Source of the DNA: an uncultured Chloroflexia bacterium
GTDB taxonomy: Bacteria; Chloroflexota; Anaerolineae; Anaerolineales; Anaerolineaceae
Reading direction: 5' to 3'
DNA: 32,000 nt
Assembly: GCA_963704755.1 (NCBI GenBank)
Contig: OY969938.1
Location: forward strand, 1,680,001 to 1,712,000
Positions 1 through 8,592 of this stretch are shown one piece after another. The notes under the pieces are model-generated. The model was not told where the DNA came from and searched no databases. It saw nothing but the letters and a program-made list of their open reading frames with translations. A program made the position numbers and the translations under genes. The number at the start of each line of letters is the position of its first letter. Positions within the stretch are counted from its first letter, which is position 1.

Positions 1-243
1 GCTTCGCAAGACGTGATCGGCCGGCCGGGTGAGCGCGGCTGGATCCTCCCACCCGGGAACGTGGACCGGTTGACCGACTGCCTGAAAACCGTCCTGTCGT
101 CCGACATCGATTGGCCATCCATGCGCCGCCGCTGCCGTACTTATGCCGAACAATTCACCCTGGAAGATTGGGCCGACCGTATCGGTAAAATCTGTGCGGC
201 CCAATGGAAGATTCCTTACCAACAAGGCAAATTAAGCCAATGA
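1..243 (+). CDS. C-terminal fragment of a glycosyltransferase (GT-B/GT4-like); the gene starts upstream of the window
   Basis: Frame 1 is open from the window edge to TGA at 241-243. The tail (...GWILPPGNVDRLTDCL...YAEQFTLEDWADRI) looks like the end of GT4-type enzymes. Its stop overlaps the next ATG (ATGA at 240-243). Confidence 0.5.
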   Translation, partial: ASQDVIGRPGERGWILPPGNVDRLTDCLKTVLSSDIDWPSMRRRCRTYAEQFTLEDWADRIGKICAAQWKIPYQQGKLSQ

Positions 244-1682
244 GGACTTTAACTCCTGCTGTTGTAGAACAAACCCGGTTGAATGCTCACACGCGCCGCA
301 TCAGCCGGCCAGAAACTCCCTTAGCCGAGGTCTGGGCCAAACGCCTGGTCGTGTTTATGCTGGTAGCCTGGCCGTTGACCTTCGTTTTCGGCTTTACTCC
401 TATGCTCACCATCATGAATCTGGCCGGCTTGGCCCTGGCCATGATCGGCTTACGCTTGAAACCGGTCGGATTGATGGGCATCGCGGTCATGTGCACCCTC
501 GATACATTGACCCGCAACCTGATGGCCACCGGCGGCTTGTGGCGTTGGAACACCCTGAATTACTGGCTCGTATTGGTGATCCTGGTCAACCTGCCCTTCT
601 TGCTGCGTTTTACCGATATCCAGAGCCGCTTGCTGCAAGTCTTCCTGGTGCTGCTGACGGTCATGCTGTTGATCAGCTTTTACGTCCAATTGGGCATCCA
701 GGATATCCTGAACATTGGGGCGACTTTTGGGATTCTGTATTATTTCATTCGCGCCATCGAGGATAAAAAGGTCTTGTACTGGGTCGGCGTCGTATGCGGG
801 ACAACGGCCGCCCTGGGCGGGCTGGCGTTCTATTTCCAAATGGGCGGCCTGCCCTATATCGACCCCAATTCGCTGACCCAGTTGCCCTTGACCGGCCTGT
901 TCGCCATCTGTTTTGCCATGCCCCAGGCGGGCAACTTCAAACGCGGGCGTCTAGTCCTGCTGATGCTCACCAGCATTAACATCGTGTGGATATTCCTCAG
1001 CGGCAGCCGCGGCAGCCTGTTGACCTCATTCGTCTGCCTGGCCTTCCTGATCGTGCAAATGCGCAGCCTGACCTGGACCACCTTGTTGATCGGTGTGGGC
1101 CTGGTTTTGATCTTCTGGTTCTCGAATATCCTGCTCGACCAGCAGGCCTATGCCCTGCATCGCTTCTCGAAATTCCTGGATTCATCCTATACCCTGGCCC
1201 AACGCACCAGCGGCCGGTCGGTCATTTTTTGGACCGGCTGGCAAATCTTCCTGCAAAGGCCATTGGGCCTGGGCACCGGCAGCTTCCGCGGTGGTACGGG
1301 CTATCTTGACATCGTCGGCGGCAAGAGCCTGTCGGCCCATTCGGCCTGGATCAAGACCCTGGCCGAGAACGGTGCCGAAGGGTTCCTGCTGTTGGCATCC
1401 TGGGTGCTGTCTTTTGGCATCAGCGGGCTGCACCGTAAAGACCGCGATGTGACCTTGATCGGCTTGTTCACCACCGCGATCCTGATCGACGTATTCGTAA
1501 CCCAGGAGTTCCAGGGCAAAAACCTGTGGTTCCTGGTCGCCGGTTCAACCGCCATTCTCAACGCTGAACAATACAAAGGTCTGACCGACAAAGTCGGGCG
1601 GATCGCCAACCGGTACCGGCGGCGGGTCAAGCCGGCGCCTAAACCGAAAATCGAATTGGAGGCTGCTCCAGATGAAGGCTAG
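240..1682 (+). CDS. O-antigen ligase/polymerase family membrane protein (Wzy-like)
   Basis: The 480-aa product is polytopic and hydrophobic. It has the SGSRGSLL motif and a loop (LSAHSAWIKTLAENGAEGFLLL) typical of the Wzy_C/O-antigen ligase family. ATG at 240 was chosen over the ORF-track start at 204 because of the ATGA coupling to the upstream gene. Confidence 0.75.
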   Translation: MRTLTPAVVEQTRLNAHTRRISRPETPLAEVWAKRLVVFMLVAWPLTFVFGFTPMLTIMNLAGLALAMIGLRLKPVGLMGIAVMCTLDTLTRNLMATGGLWRWNTLNYWLVLVILVNLPFLLRFTDIQSRLLQVFLVLLTVMLLISFYVQLGIQDILNIGATFGILYYFIRAIEDKKVLYWVGVVCGTTAALGGLAFYFQMGGLPYIDPNSLTQLPLTGLFAICFAMPQAGNFKRGRLVLLMLTSINIVWIFLSGSRGSLLTSFVCLAFLIVQMRSLTWTTLLIGVGLVLIFWFSNILLDQQAYALHRFSKFLDSSYTLAQRTSGRSVIFWTGWQIFLQRPLGLGTGSFRGGTGYLDIVGGKSLSAHSAWIKTLAENGAEGFLLLASWVLSFGISGLHRKDRDVTLIGLFTTAILIDVFVTQEFQGKNLWFLVAGSTAILNAEQYKGLTDKVGRIANRYRRRVKPAPKPKIELEAAPDEG

Positions 1683-2859
1683 GCTGCGCGTGGCAATGAT
1701 CGCCGGTGAGCTGGGCCAGAGTGGCGCCGAAAAACAGCTCTATTACGTCGCCCAGGCGCTGATCAATGCCGGGGTGGACGTACGGGTATACTGCCTGACC
1801 CAGGGTGAGTATTTCGAGACGTACCTGCAAAAAGCTGGCGTCCCGGTGGAATGGGTGGGCCACGAGGGCCAGCCGTTCCTGCGCGTGGCGCGGATCTTGC
1901 AAAAGGTCCTGGCTTTCAGGCCTCATTTGATCTACTCAACTCACTTTTACACCAACCTGTATGCAGCCATCGCCGGCCGCCTGACCGGAACGCTCTCGAT
2001 CGGCAGTATCCGCAGCGATGGCCACCACGAGGTGAACGGCAACGGCCGCTGGGGCATGGCCCTGCTGAAAATGACCCACGTGCTGGTAGCTAACTCGCAT
2101 GGGGCGGCCCAGAATGCGGTTAAAAAAGGTGTCCGGGCAGACAACGTCTACACCCTGCCGAACGTGATCGACCTGGCCGCTTTCGACCGCAAGGCCGCGG
2201 CCGGCCCAAGTACCAAACCCCAACCGGGCAAGATTGCCATTGTGACCGTGGCCCGCCTGATCAAGGCCAAACGGCTGGATCGTTTTATTTCCGTGATCGC
2301 CGAGGCCCGGCGGACTTACCCGCAGATCTACGGCATTATTGCCGGCGACGGCCCGCTCAAGGATAACCTGGTGGCCCAGGCTCGCGGCCAGGGGCTGCTG
2401 CCAGACGGGATCCGCTTTTTAGGCTATTGCGACAACGTCCCGGCGCTGCTCAAAGGCAAAGATATTTTCGCGTTGACCTCGGATTACGAAGGCTTTCCGA
2501 ACGCGATCCTGGAAGCCATGGCAGCCGGGCTGCCGGTGGTCACTACCCCGGCCGGCGAAGCCGGTCGCATTGTGGTCAACCGCAAAAGCGGTTTCGTCGT
2601 CCCCCCCGAAAGCCTGCCGGCCCTGGTCCACAGTATTGTCGAGTTGAGCGGTTCGGCCGCTATGCGACAGGAGATGGGCCGCTACGGACGCCAATTGATA
2701 GAAGAACGCCACACCAACGCCAGCCTGGGGAACGCCATCCTGGAGCTCTTCCGCGAAATCGCCTTAAGGCGCAAAAACCAGCACTTGTTGAGCCTGCTCG
2801 ACGAGCTTCACACCGGCGAACCGGCCAATTCTGAACTTGAAGAGGCTATTCTTGGCTGA
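1672..2859 (+). CDS. Glycosyltransferase family 4 (GT-B, retaining type)
   Basis: The N-terminus (RVAMIAGELGQSGAEKQ) and the C-terminal E-x7-E region (SDYEGFPNAILEAMAAGLPVVTTPAGEA...GFVV) fit GT4. The start overlaps the previous stop by 11 nt. Confidence 0.85.
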   Translation: MKARLRVAMIAGELGQSGAEKQLYYVAQALINAGVDVRVYCLTQGEYFETYLQKAGVPVEWVGHEGQPFLRVARILQKVLAFRPHLIYSTHFYTNLYAAIAGRLTGTLSIGSIRSDGHHEVNGNGRWGMALLKMTHVLVANSHGAAQNAVKKGVRADNVYTLPNVIDLAAFDRKAAAGPSTKPQPGKIAIVTVARLIKAKRLDRFISVIAEARRTYPQIYGIIAGDGPLKDNLVAQARGQGLLPDGIRFLGYCDNVPALLKGKDIFALTSDYEGFPNAILEAMAAGLPVVTTPAGEAGRIVVNRKSGFVVPPESLPALVHSIVELSGSAAMRQEMGRYGRQLIEERHTNASLGNAILELFREIALRRKNQHLLSLLDELHTGEPANSELEEAILG

Positions 2860-3910
2860 TACGGTTATTCAACCCCGCCTGCTCCTGGCCGGGCCGATGT
2901 TGGGTCGCAACCAGGGCTGGGTCACCACCCAGGGCGAGATCCTGGCGGACCTGTTCGAGAACGCCGGGTATGCGGTGATGACCACCTCATCCATCCCCGG
3001 GCGAGTAGCACGCCTGGTCGATACGATCCGATCCCTGATCGCCTGGCGCAAGCAATACGACCTGGTCTTCCTCAACGTGTTCAGCGGGCCGGCTTTCGGC
3101 ATGGCCGAGATCACTTCGGCCCTGGCCAAACTGCTGAACAAGCCGCTGGTGATGGTCCTGCGGGGTGGCAATTTGCCCGAATTCGCCCTCGCGCATGGCG
3201 ACTGGATAAAACGGGTGCTCAGCCGGGCCGACCGGATCGTGGCGCCTTCGACCTTCCTGGCCGAGTTCGCCCACAACATGGGTCTGGATGTGACGGTTAT
3301 TCCCAACGTTTTACGTTTAGAAGAATACCCCTTCCGCCTGCGCGAAGGCGTCCAACCCAAAATTCTGTGGATGCGCACCTTCCATGAAATTTACCACCCC
3401 GAAATGGCCATCGAAGTGCTCGACCGCATCCGCCAATCTTTGCCGGACGCGACCCTGACGATGGCCGGCCAGGAAAAAGGCCTGCTGAACGCCGTCCGCG
3501 ACCTGGCCCACGAAAAAGGCCTGGACGCGTCGGTCCGTTTTGCCGGTTTCCTCGACCTGGAAGCCAAACGGCGCGAGTTTTCCGCCCACGATATCTTCAT
3601 CAACACCAACCGGGTGGATAACAGCCCGGTCAGCGTCCTGGAAGCGGCCGCCTTCGGTTTGCCGGTGGTGGCCACCCGGGTCGGCGGGGTGCCTTATTTG
3701 CTCGAACATGAGCAGACCGGGCTGCTGGTCGAGGACAGCGACGTCCCGGCCATGAGCGCGGAAGTGTTAAGGCTGCTGCGCGAACCGGGCCTGGCCGAGA
3801 AACTATCTCGTAACGGTAGGGTTTTGGCCGAATCCTGTTCGTGGGAAAAAGTAAAGCCCGCCTGGGAAGAAATCTTCGTCCAGGCCACAGATCATCATTT
3901 TGCCAGGTAA
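2837..3910 (+). CDS. Glycosyltransferase family 4
   Basis: The motif NSPVSVLEAAAFGLPVVATRVGGVPYLLEHEQTGLLV is the GT4 nucleotide-sugar binding region. The start is uncertain: TTG at 2837 or 2852, or ATG at 2897. The LLLAGPMLG N-terminus argues for an upstream non-ATG start. Confidence 0.8.
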   Translation: MKRLFLADTVIQPRLLLAGPMLGRNQGWVTTQGEILADLFENAGYAVMTTSSIPGRVARLVDTIRSLIAWRKQYDLVFLNVFSGPAFGMAEITSALAKLLNKPLVMVLRGGNLPEFALAHGDWIKRVLSRADRIVAPSTFLAEFAHNMGLDVTVIPNVLRLEEYPFRLREGVQPKILWMRTFHEIYHPEMAIEVLDRIRQSLPDATLTMAGQEKGLLNAVRDLAHEKGLDASVRFAGFLDLEAKRREFSAHDIFINTNRVDNSPVSVLEAAAFGLPVVATRVGGVPYLLEHEQTGLLVEDSDVPAMSAEVLRLLREPGLAEKLSRNGRVLAESCSWEKVKPAWEEIFVQATDHHFAR

Positions 3911-3940
3911 TCCACCCCGGAAGAATCGTCCCCTTTGACC

Positions 3941-5329
3941 ATGCTGACCTCCATTTATCGCAATTCCCCTTACCCGCTGCGGGTGCTGGCAGCCAGTGCA
4001 CGCGGATACATCTTGCGTGGCCAGCGCTACGGCCGCGATTGCGACGACCAGGTGGCTCAGGTTTTGGAACGCGACCGCTGGACGGCCGAACAATGGCAGT
4101 CCTGGACCGCTGAACGGCTGGCCTTTATCCTGGAGCGGGCCGTCACCCGGGTGCCATATTACCGCGAAATGTGGATCAACCGCAGGCTGCACGGCGAGGT
4201 AACCGATTGGACCCTCCTGGAAAACTGGCCGGTCCTGAGCAAAGAACGCCTGCGGGCCGACCCGCAAGCCTTCCTGGCCGACGATGTGGATGCCAGCAGC
4301 CTGATCGAGGAACATACCAGTGGCAGCAGCGGCAAACCACTCCGGTTATGGCGCAGCCGCGAGACCCAACGGACCTGGTACGGGTTGTTCGAAGCCCGTG
4401 TCCGCCAATGGAACAACGTCTCGCGCAGCGATCGCTGGGGCATCCTGGGCGGTCAGCTCATCACCCCGGTCGAACAGCGCCGGCCGCCCTTCTGGGTCTG
4501 GAACGCGGGGCTGAACCAGCTCTACCTGTCCACCTACCACATCTCTGCCGAAAACATCGCCGCTTACGCTCAGGCGCTGCGCCGCCACAAAATCGTCTAC
4601 CTGTTGGGCTACCCCTCTTCCCTGGCGCTGCTGGCTCACATGGCCCTCGACCAGGACCAGGTACTCCCCGCAATGAAAGTAATCCTGACCAACGCTGAAA
4701 TGCTGCTGCCCGGCCAGCGTAAAACCATCGAAAAAGCCTTCGGCTGCCGGGTGATCGATACTTACGGCATGTCCGAGCTAAGCGCGGCCGCCAGTGAATG
4801 TGAACACGGCGCGATGCATGTCTGGCCCGATGCCGGCCTGGTAGAGGTGTTCGCCGAAAATGGCGACCGGCCTCTCCCGGCCGGGCAAACCGGCCGGTTG
4901 ATTTGCACCGGCCTGATCAACGCCGATATGCCGCTCATTCGTTATGAAGTGGGCGACCGGGGTGCATTGGCCGATGGAACGACCGATTGCGCCTGCGGCC
5001 GGGGTCTGCCCGTGCTGGACCACATCGATGGCCGCCTGGACGACGTGTTGATCGCCACCGATGGCCGCCGGATCGGCCGGATGGATTCGGTATTCAAAGC
5101 GGACCTTGACGTGCGCGAAGCTCAAATCATCCAGGAAAGGTTGGGGACCATCCTGGTCAGGCTTGTACCCGGTTCTCTTTACGGCCAGCAGACCGCAAAT
5201 GCCATCATCCAGCGCATCCGCGAACGCCTGGGCCCGGTGGAAGTCAAACTGGAAACACTCGACGAAATCCCACGGGGGGCAAACGGAAAGTTCAAATCCG
5301 TAGTCAATCGGATGGACACCCACAGCTAA
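3941..5329 (+). CDS. CapK/PaaK-like adenylate-forming enzyme (phenylacetate-CoA ligase family / coenzyme F390 synthetase-like)
   Basis: It has the AMP-binding P-loop EEHTSGSSGKPLRLW, then DTYGMSE and a C-terminal GKFKSV lysine motif. The length (462 aa) and position in a capsule/EPS locus match CapK-type proteins. ATG at 3941 is preferred to TTG at 3935. Confidence 0.75.
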   Translation: MLTSIYRNSPYPLRVLAASARGYILRGQRYGRDCDDQVAQVLERDRWTAEQWQSWTAERLAFILERAVTRVPYYREMWINRRLHGEVTDWTLLENWPVLSKERLRADPQAFLADDVDASSLIEEHTSGSSGKPLRLWRSRETQRTWYGLFEARVRQWNNVSRSDRWGILGGQLITPVEQRRPPFWVWNAGLNQLYLSTYHISAENIAAYAQALRRHKIVYLLGYPSSLALLAHMALDQDQVLPAMKVILTNAEMLLPGQRKTIEKAFGCRVIDTYGMSELSAAASECEHGAMHVWPDAGLVEVFAENGDRPLPAGQTGRLICTGLINADMPLIRYEVGDRGALADGTTDCACGRGLPVLDHIDGRLDDVLIATDGRRIGRMDSVFKADLDVREAQIIQERLGTILVRLVPGSLYGQQTANAIIQRIRERLGPVEVKLETLDEIPRGANGKFKSVVNRMDTHS

Positions 5330-5355
5330 TCACATTAAACAATCTCAAGGAAACC

Positions 5356-6405
5356 ATGGCAGAAAAACATTCCTCTCCTCCGAATGCATCCTTGCCCTTT
5401 GTATCGGTAATTATGCCCGTGCGTAACGAAGGCGCTTATATCGAACGCAGCCTCGGCTCGGTCCTGGATCAGGATTACCCGGCCGGATTAATGGAAGTGA
5501 TCGTTGCCGACGGTCGTTCTGACGATGACACCCGCGAAGTTTTCGCCCGCCTGGCTGCCGGCCATCCCAACATGATCATGATCGATAACCCGGGCAAGTT
5601 TGTGGCGACCGGCCTGAACCGCTCTGTGCGGATCTCACGCGGTGAAATCATCGTGCGCGTGGATGGCCATTGCGAAATCGCCCCCGATTATGTCAGCAAC
5701 TGCGTCCGGCACCTCCTCGCCGGCGGCATCGCCGGGGTCGGCGGCCCGATGGAAACCATCGGCGAAACGGCAATCGCCCAGACCATCGCCGTGGCCATGA
5801 GCTCCAAGTTTGGGGTCGGCGGATCTTCTTTCCGCACGGTCAAGGACCGCAATATGTTCGTCAGTACTGTGCCCTTCCCGGCTTACTGGCGCAAAGATGT
5901 ATTAGCCGCCGGGCCATTCGACGAAGAGCTGGTCCGCAACCAGGATGACGAGTACAACTATCGCCTGGTCGCTTCTGGCAAAAAAATCTTGCTGGCCGCT
6001 GACGTCCATTCGCGCTATTACAGCCGCTCTTCGCTGAAATCATTATGGCGCCAGTATTACCAGTATGGGTTCTACAAGGTGCGCGTCATGCAAAAACATC
6101 CGCACCAGATGAGCATCCACCATTTCATGCCGGCCCTGCTGGTGGCCGGGTTGGCCGTTTCGATCCCATTAGCTTTGTTCAGCTCGATTGGCCACCTGAT
6201 GCTGGCGGTCATAATCGGGTTGTATTTGATCTCTCGATTTAAGCGGGTCCATCATCGCGGCGATCCAACAAGAGCATTCCTCCATCGCATTGCTTCCCGT
6301 GGTTTATCCAATCCTGCACCTCAGCTATGGCTCAGGTTTCTGTATTGGATTAATCCGTTTCGTTGGCTTGTGGCACCAGGGGAAGCCATCTCTTCAGACG
6401 GCTAA
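5356..6405 (+). CDS. Glycosyltransferase family 2 (ExoA-like), C-terminus probably frameshifted
   Basis: GT2 signatures are present: VSVIMPVRNEGAYIERSL, VADGRSDDDT, VDGH and QDDEYNYRL. An AAGGA RBS precedes the ATG. After about 6240 the called frame becomes Arg/Pro-rich. Frame 2 (6230-6424) instead encodes a hydrophobic tail (IALLPVVYPILHLSYGSGFCIGLIRF). See findings. Confidence 0.8.
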   Translation: MAEKHSSPPNASLPFVSVIMPVRNEGAYIERSLGSVLDQDYPAGLMEVIVADGRSDDDTREVFARLAAGHPNMIMIDNPGKFVATGLNRSVRISRGEIIVRVDGHCEIAPDYVSNCVRHLLAGGIAGVGGPMETIGETAIAQTIAVAMSSKFGVGGSSFRTVKDRNMFVSTVPFPAYWRKDVLAAGPFDEELVRNQDDEYNYRLVASGKKILLAADVHSRYYSRSSLKSLWRQYYQYGFYKVRVMQKHPHQMSIHHFMPALLVAGLAVSIPLALFSSIGHLMLAVIIGLYLISRFKRVHHRGDPTRAFLHRIASRGLSNPAPQLWLRFLYWINPFRWLVAPGEAISSDG

Positions 6406-6469
6406 AAACCCAGACCAACGTTGAATGAAATTTGCTTCCTGGGAAATGAATTGAAAGGGGAAAGGAAGT

Positions 6470-8485
6470 ATGAATAACGTGCTGGAAAAAAATATTACGC
6501 AAAAAGAGAGTTCCAAGGTCATGAACTGGAAAGCGATAGCGACATGGTTCAACAATGTCGTACGCCGGCTGCTTGACATTGCGATTGCGTTTTTCGGTAT
6601 CCTGTTCCTGTCACCCTTCTTCCTCGTCGTGATCTTCCTGATCAAACGTGATTCGCCAGGGCCGATATTCTACAAGGGTCGCCGGGCGGGGAAAAACGGC
6701 AAAGATTTCAATATCCTGAAATTTCGTACTATGTACGAAAACAAGGCCAGTTATAGCGGCGCCAAGGTGACCGCCGGTGACGATCCGCGCATCACACCCA
6801 TCGGCAAGTTCCTGCGTGAAACCAAGCTGAACGAGCTGCCGCAGCTATGGAACGTGCTGGTCGGCGAAATGAGCATGGTCGGCCCGCGGCCCGAGGACCC
6901 CGAAATCGCGCGGGCATGGCCGGAGGATGTCCGCAAGGAAATCCTCTCGGTCCAGCCGGGCGTAACCAGCCCGGCCTCGGTGCTGTACCGCCATGAAGAA
7001 ACCATGCTCCAATCGCGCAACTTGATGGATCGCTACCTGATGGACATCCTGCCCAGCAAACTGCGCCTCGACCAGCTTTACATCCGCCAGCGTACCGTTC
7101 TCAGCGACCTGGACGTCATGTTCTGGACCTCGGTAGCGCTGTTCCCGCGGATGAAAAACTTCAACATCCCGGAACATTTGCTTTACCGCGGGCCGATGAG
7201 CCTGTTTGTGAACCGCTACATCAGTTGGTTCACCATGGACTTTCTGGTCTCGCTGGCCTCGATCACCCTGGCCGGGGTCCTGCGCCGGTTAAGCTCCCCG
7301 CTGGACGTTGGCGTCGAGGTCTCGGCCGCCCTGGCCCTGCTCATCGCCCTCATGTTCAGCCTGCTCAACACGGTTATGGGCATCAACCGCATCAATTGGA
7401 GCCGGGCTTCTGCCGGTGAAGCCATCGATATCGGCATCTCCACCGTCATCGTCACCCTGGTCCTGTTCCTGGTCAACCTGATCGTACCCGGCGGCGCTTT
7501 CCTGCCGCCCATCGTCCTGGTCACCTCGGGGATGTTCTCCTTTGCCGGGTTCATCATTATTCGCTACCGCGGCCGGCTGATCTCCGGCATCGCTTCCAGG
7601 TGGCTCGGCGTGCGGCACGCCAAAATGGATCTCCTGGGTGAACCGGTCCTGGTCATCGGCGGGGGCGAGACCGCCCGGTTTGCCAACTGGCTGCTGCGCA
7701 ACGGCCCGCTGGCCCAGGCCTTCAACATCATCGGCATCGTGGACGACGACCCGACCAAAATTGGCAGCCAGATGGATGGGCTGCGCGTCATCGGCCGCAC
7801 CGATGAGATTCCTCATATCATCCGCAAATTCGATATCGGGTTGATCCTGTTTGCCATCACCGAGATCCAGCCGTCCGAATCCGAGCGGATCCTGGACATG
7901 TGCAAATCGTCGAGCACCCGGGTGATCATGGTGCCGGATATCATGGACAGCCTGCGCGCCCACTTCCCCCGCACCGAAGCCGAGCGAGATGGCCTGGTCG
8001 ATAAGATGGTCCAGAATTCCACCCAGGACCGCCTGACCGGGGTCATGAACCGCCAGACTTTTCTGCACTCCGTCGAACACGAACTGCCGCGGTCCATCCG
8101 TTACGGCCATGCCTGTTCACTCATTCTCTTCAACGTGGACTACAGTTGGCCGGATGGCGCCGTCCGCGCCAGTTCGGTGACTGCCCAGGTGCTGCAAGGG
8201 GTAGCAGAACGGGCCAGCAAGAACATCCGCGGCATCGACCAGCTTGGCCGCTACGACGAGAATGCTTTTGCCATCCTCTTACCCGAAACTGACCTGGAAT
8301 CGGCCAACCTGGTCGCAGAACGCCTGCTGAAGAACCTGACTTTCACCCCCATCTGGACCGATCGCGGCCCGTTGAACATCACCGTCTCTTTGGGTGTGGT
8401 CAGCCAGGACGACGACAAGAAAGATGCCGCCAGTCTGCTGAACAATGCTGAAAAGGCAATGAAAGTTGCCAGCATGGTCGATTGA
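6470..8485 (+). CDS. Polyprenyl-phosphate phosphoglycosyl transferase (Bac_transf) fused to a 4-TM block, a Rossmann-like domain and a degenerate GGDEF domain
   Basis: The N-terminal re-entrant helix [25 protein letters not shown] is followed by GPIFYKGRR...[33 protein letters not shown] and MSMVGPRPE. Four hydrophobic segments follow, then [12 protein letters not shown]...[13 protein letters not shown]...VIGRTDEI. The C-terminus ([12 protein letters not shown]...[21 protein letters not shown]...ITVSLGVV) has a GGDEF fold. A GGAAAGGAAG RBS lies upstream. Confidence 0.85.
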   Translation: MNNVLEKNITQKESSKVMNWKAIATWFNNVVRRLLDIAIAFFGILFLSPFFLVVIFLIKRDSPGPIFYKGRRAGKNGKDFNILKFRTMYENKASYSGAKVTAGDDPRITPIGKFLRETKLNELPQLWNVLVGEMSMVGPRPEDPEIARAWPEDVRKEILSVQPGVTSPASVLYRHEETMLQSRNLMDRYLMDILPSKLRLDQLYIRQRTVLSDLDVMFWTSVALFPRMKNFNIPEHLLYRGPMSLFVNRYISWFTMDFLVSLASITLAGVLRRLSSPLDVGVEVSAALALLIALMFSLLNTVMGINRINWSRASAGEAIDIGISTVIVTLVLFLVNLIVPGGAFLPPIVLVTSGMFSFAGFIIIRYRGRLISGIASRWLGVRHAKMDLLGEPVLVIGGGETARFANWLLRNGPLAQAFNIIGIVDDDPTKIGSQMDGLRVIGRTDEIPHIIRKFDIGLILFAITEIQPSESERILDMCKSSSTRVIMVPDIMDSLRAHFPRTEAERDGLVDKMVQNSTQDRLTGVMNRQTFLHSVEHELPRSIRYGHACSLILFNVDYSWPDGAVRASSVTAQVLQGVAERASKNIRGIDQLGRYDENAFAILLPETDLESANLVAERLLKNLTFTPIWTDRGPLNITVSLGVVSQDDDKKDAASLLNNAEKAMKVASMVD

Positions 8486-8506
8486 GCCGGTAAATAAATC
8501 GCGTTT

Positions 8507-8565
8507 GTAACTGCTCAGCCATCCCAGAAAGGATCGTCCCCTTCGGAACCTGCCTGAGCAGTCAC
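8507..8565. repeat. Short 'empty' copy of the GTAACTGCTCAG...CTGAGCAGTCAC scaffold (no long hairpin core)
   Basis: The sequence is GTAACTGCTCAGCCATCCCAGAAAGGATCGTCCCCTTCGGAACCTGCCTGAGCAGTCAC. The first 9 and last 9 scaffold bases pair (ACTGCTCAG/CTGAGCAGT). Both flanks align with the element at 20529-20639. Confidence 0.65.
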
Positions 8566-8592
8566 TCAAGTTTCAAGAAACAGGGACCCATC

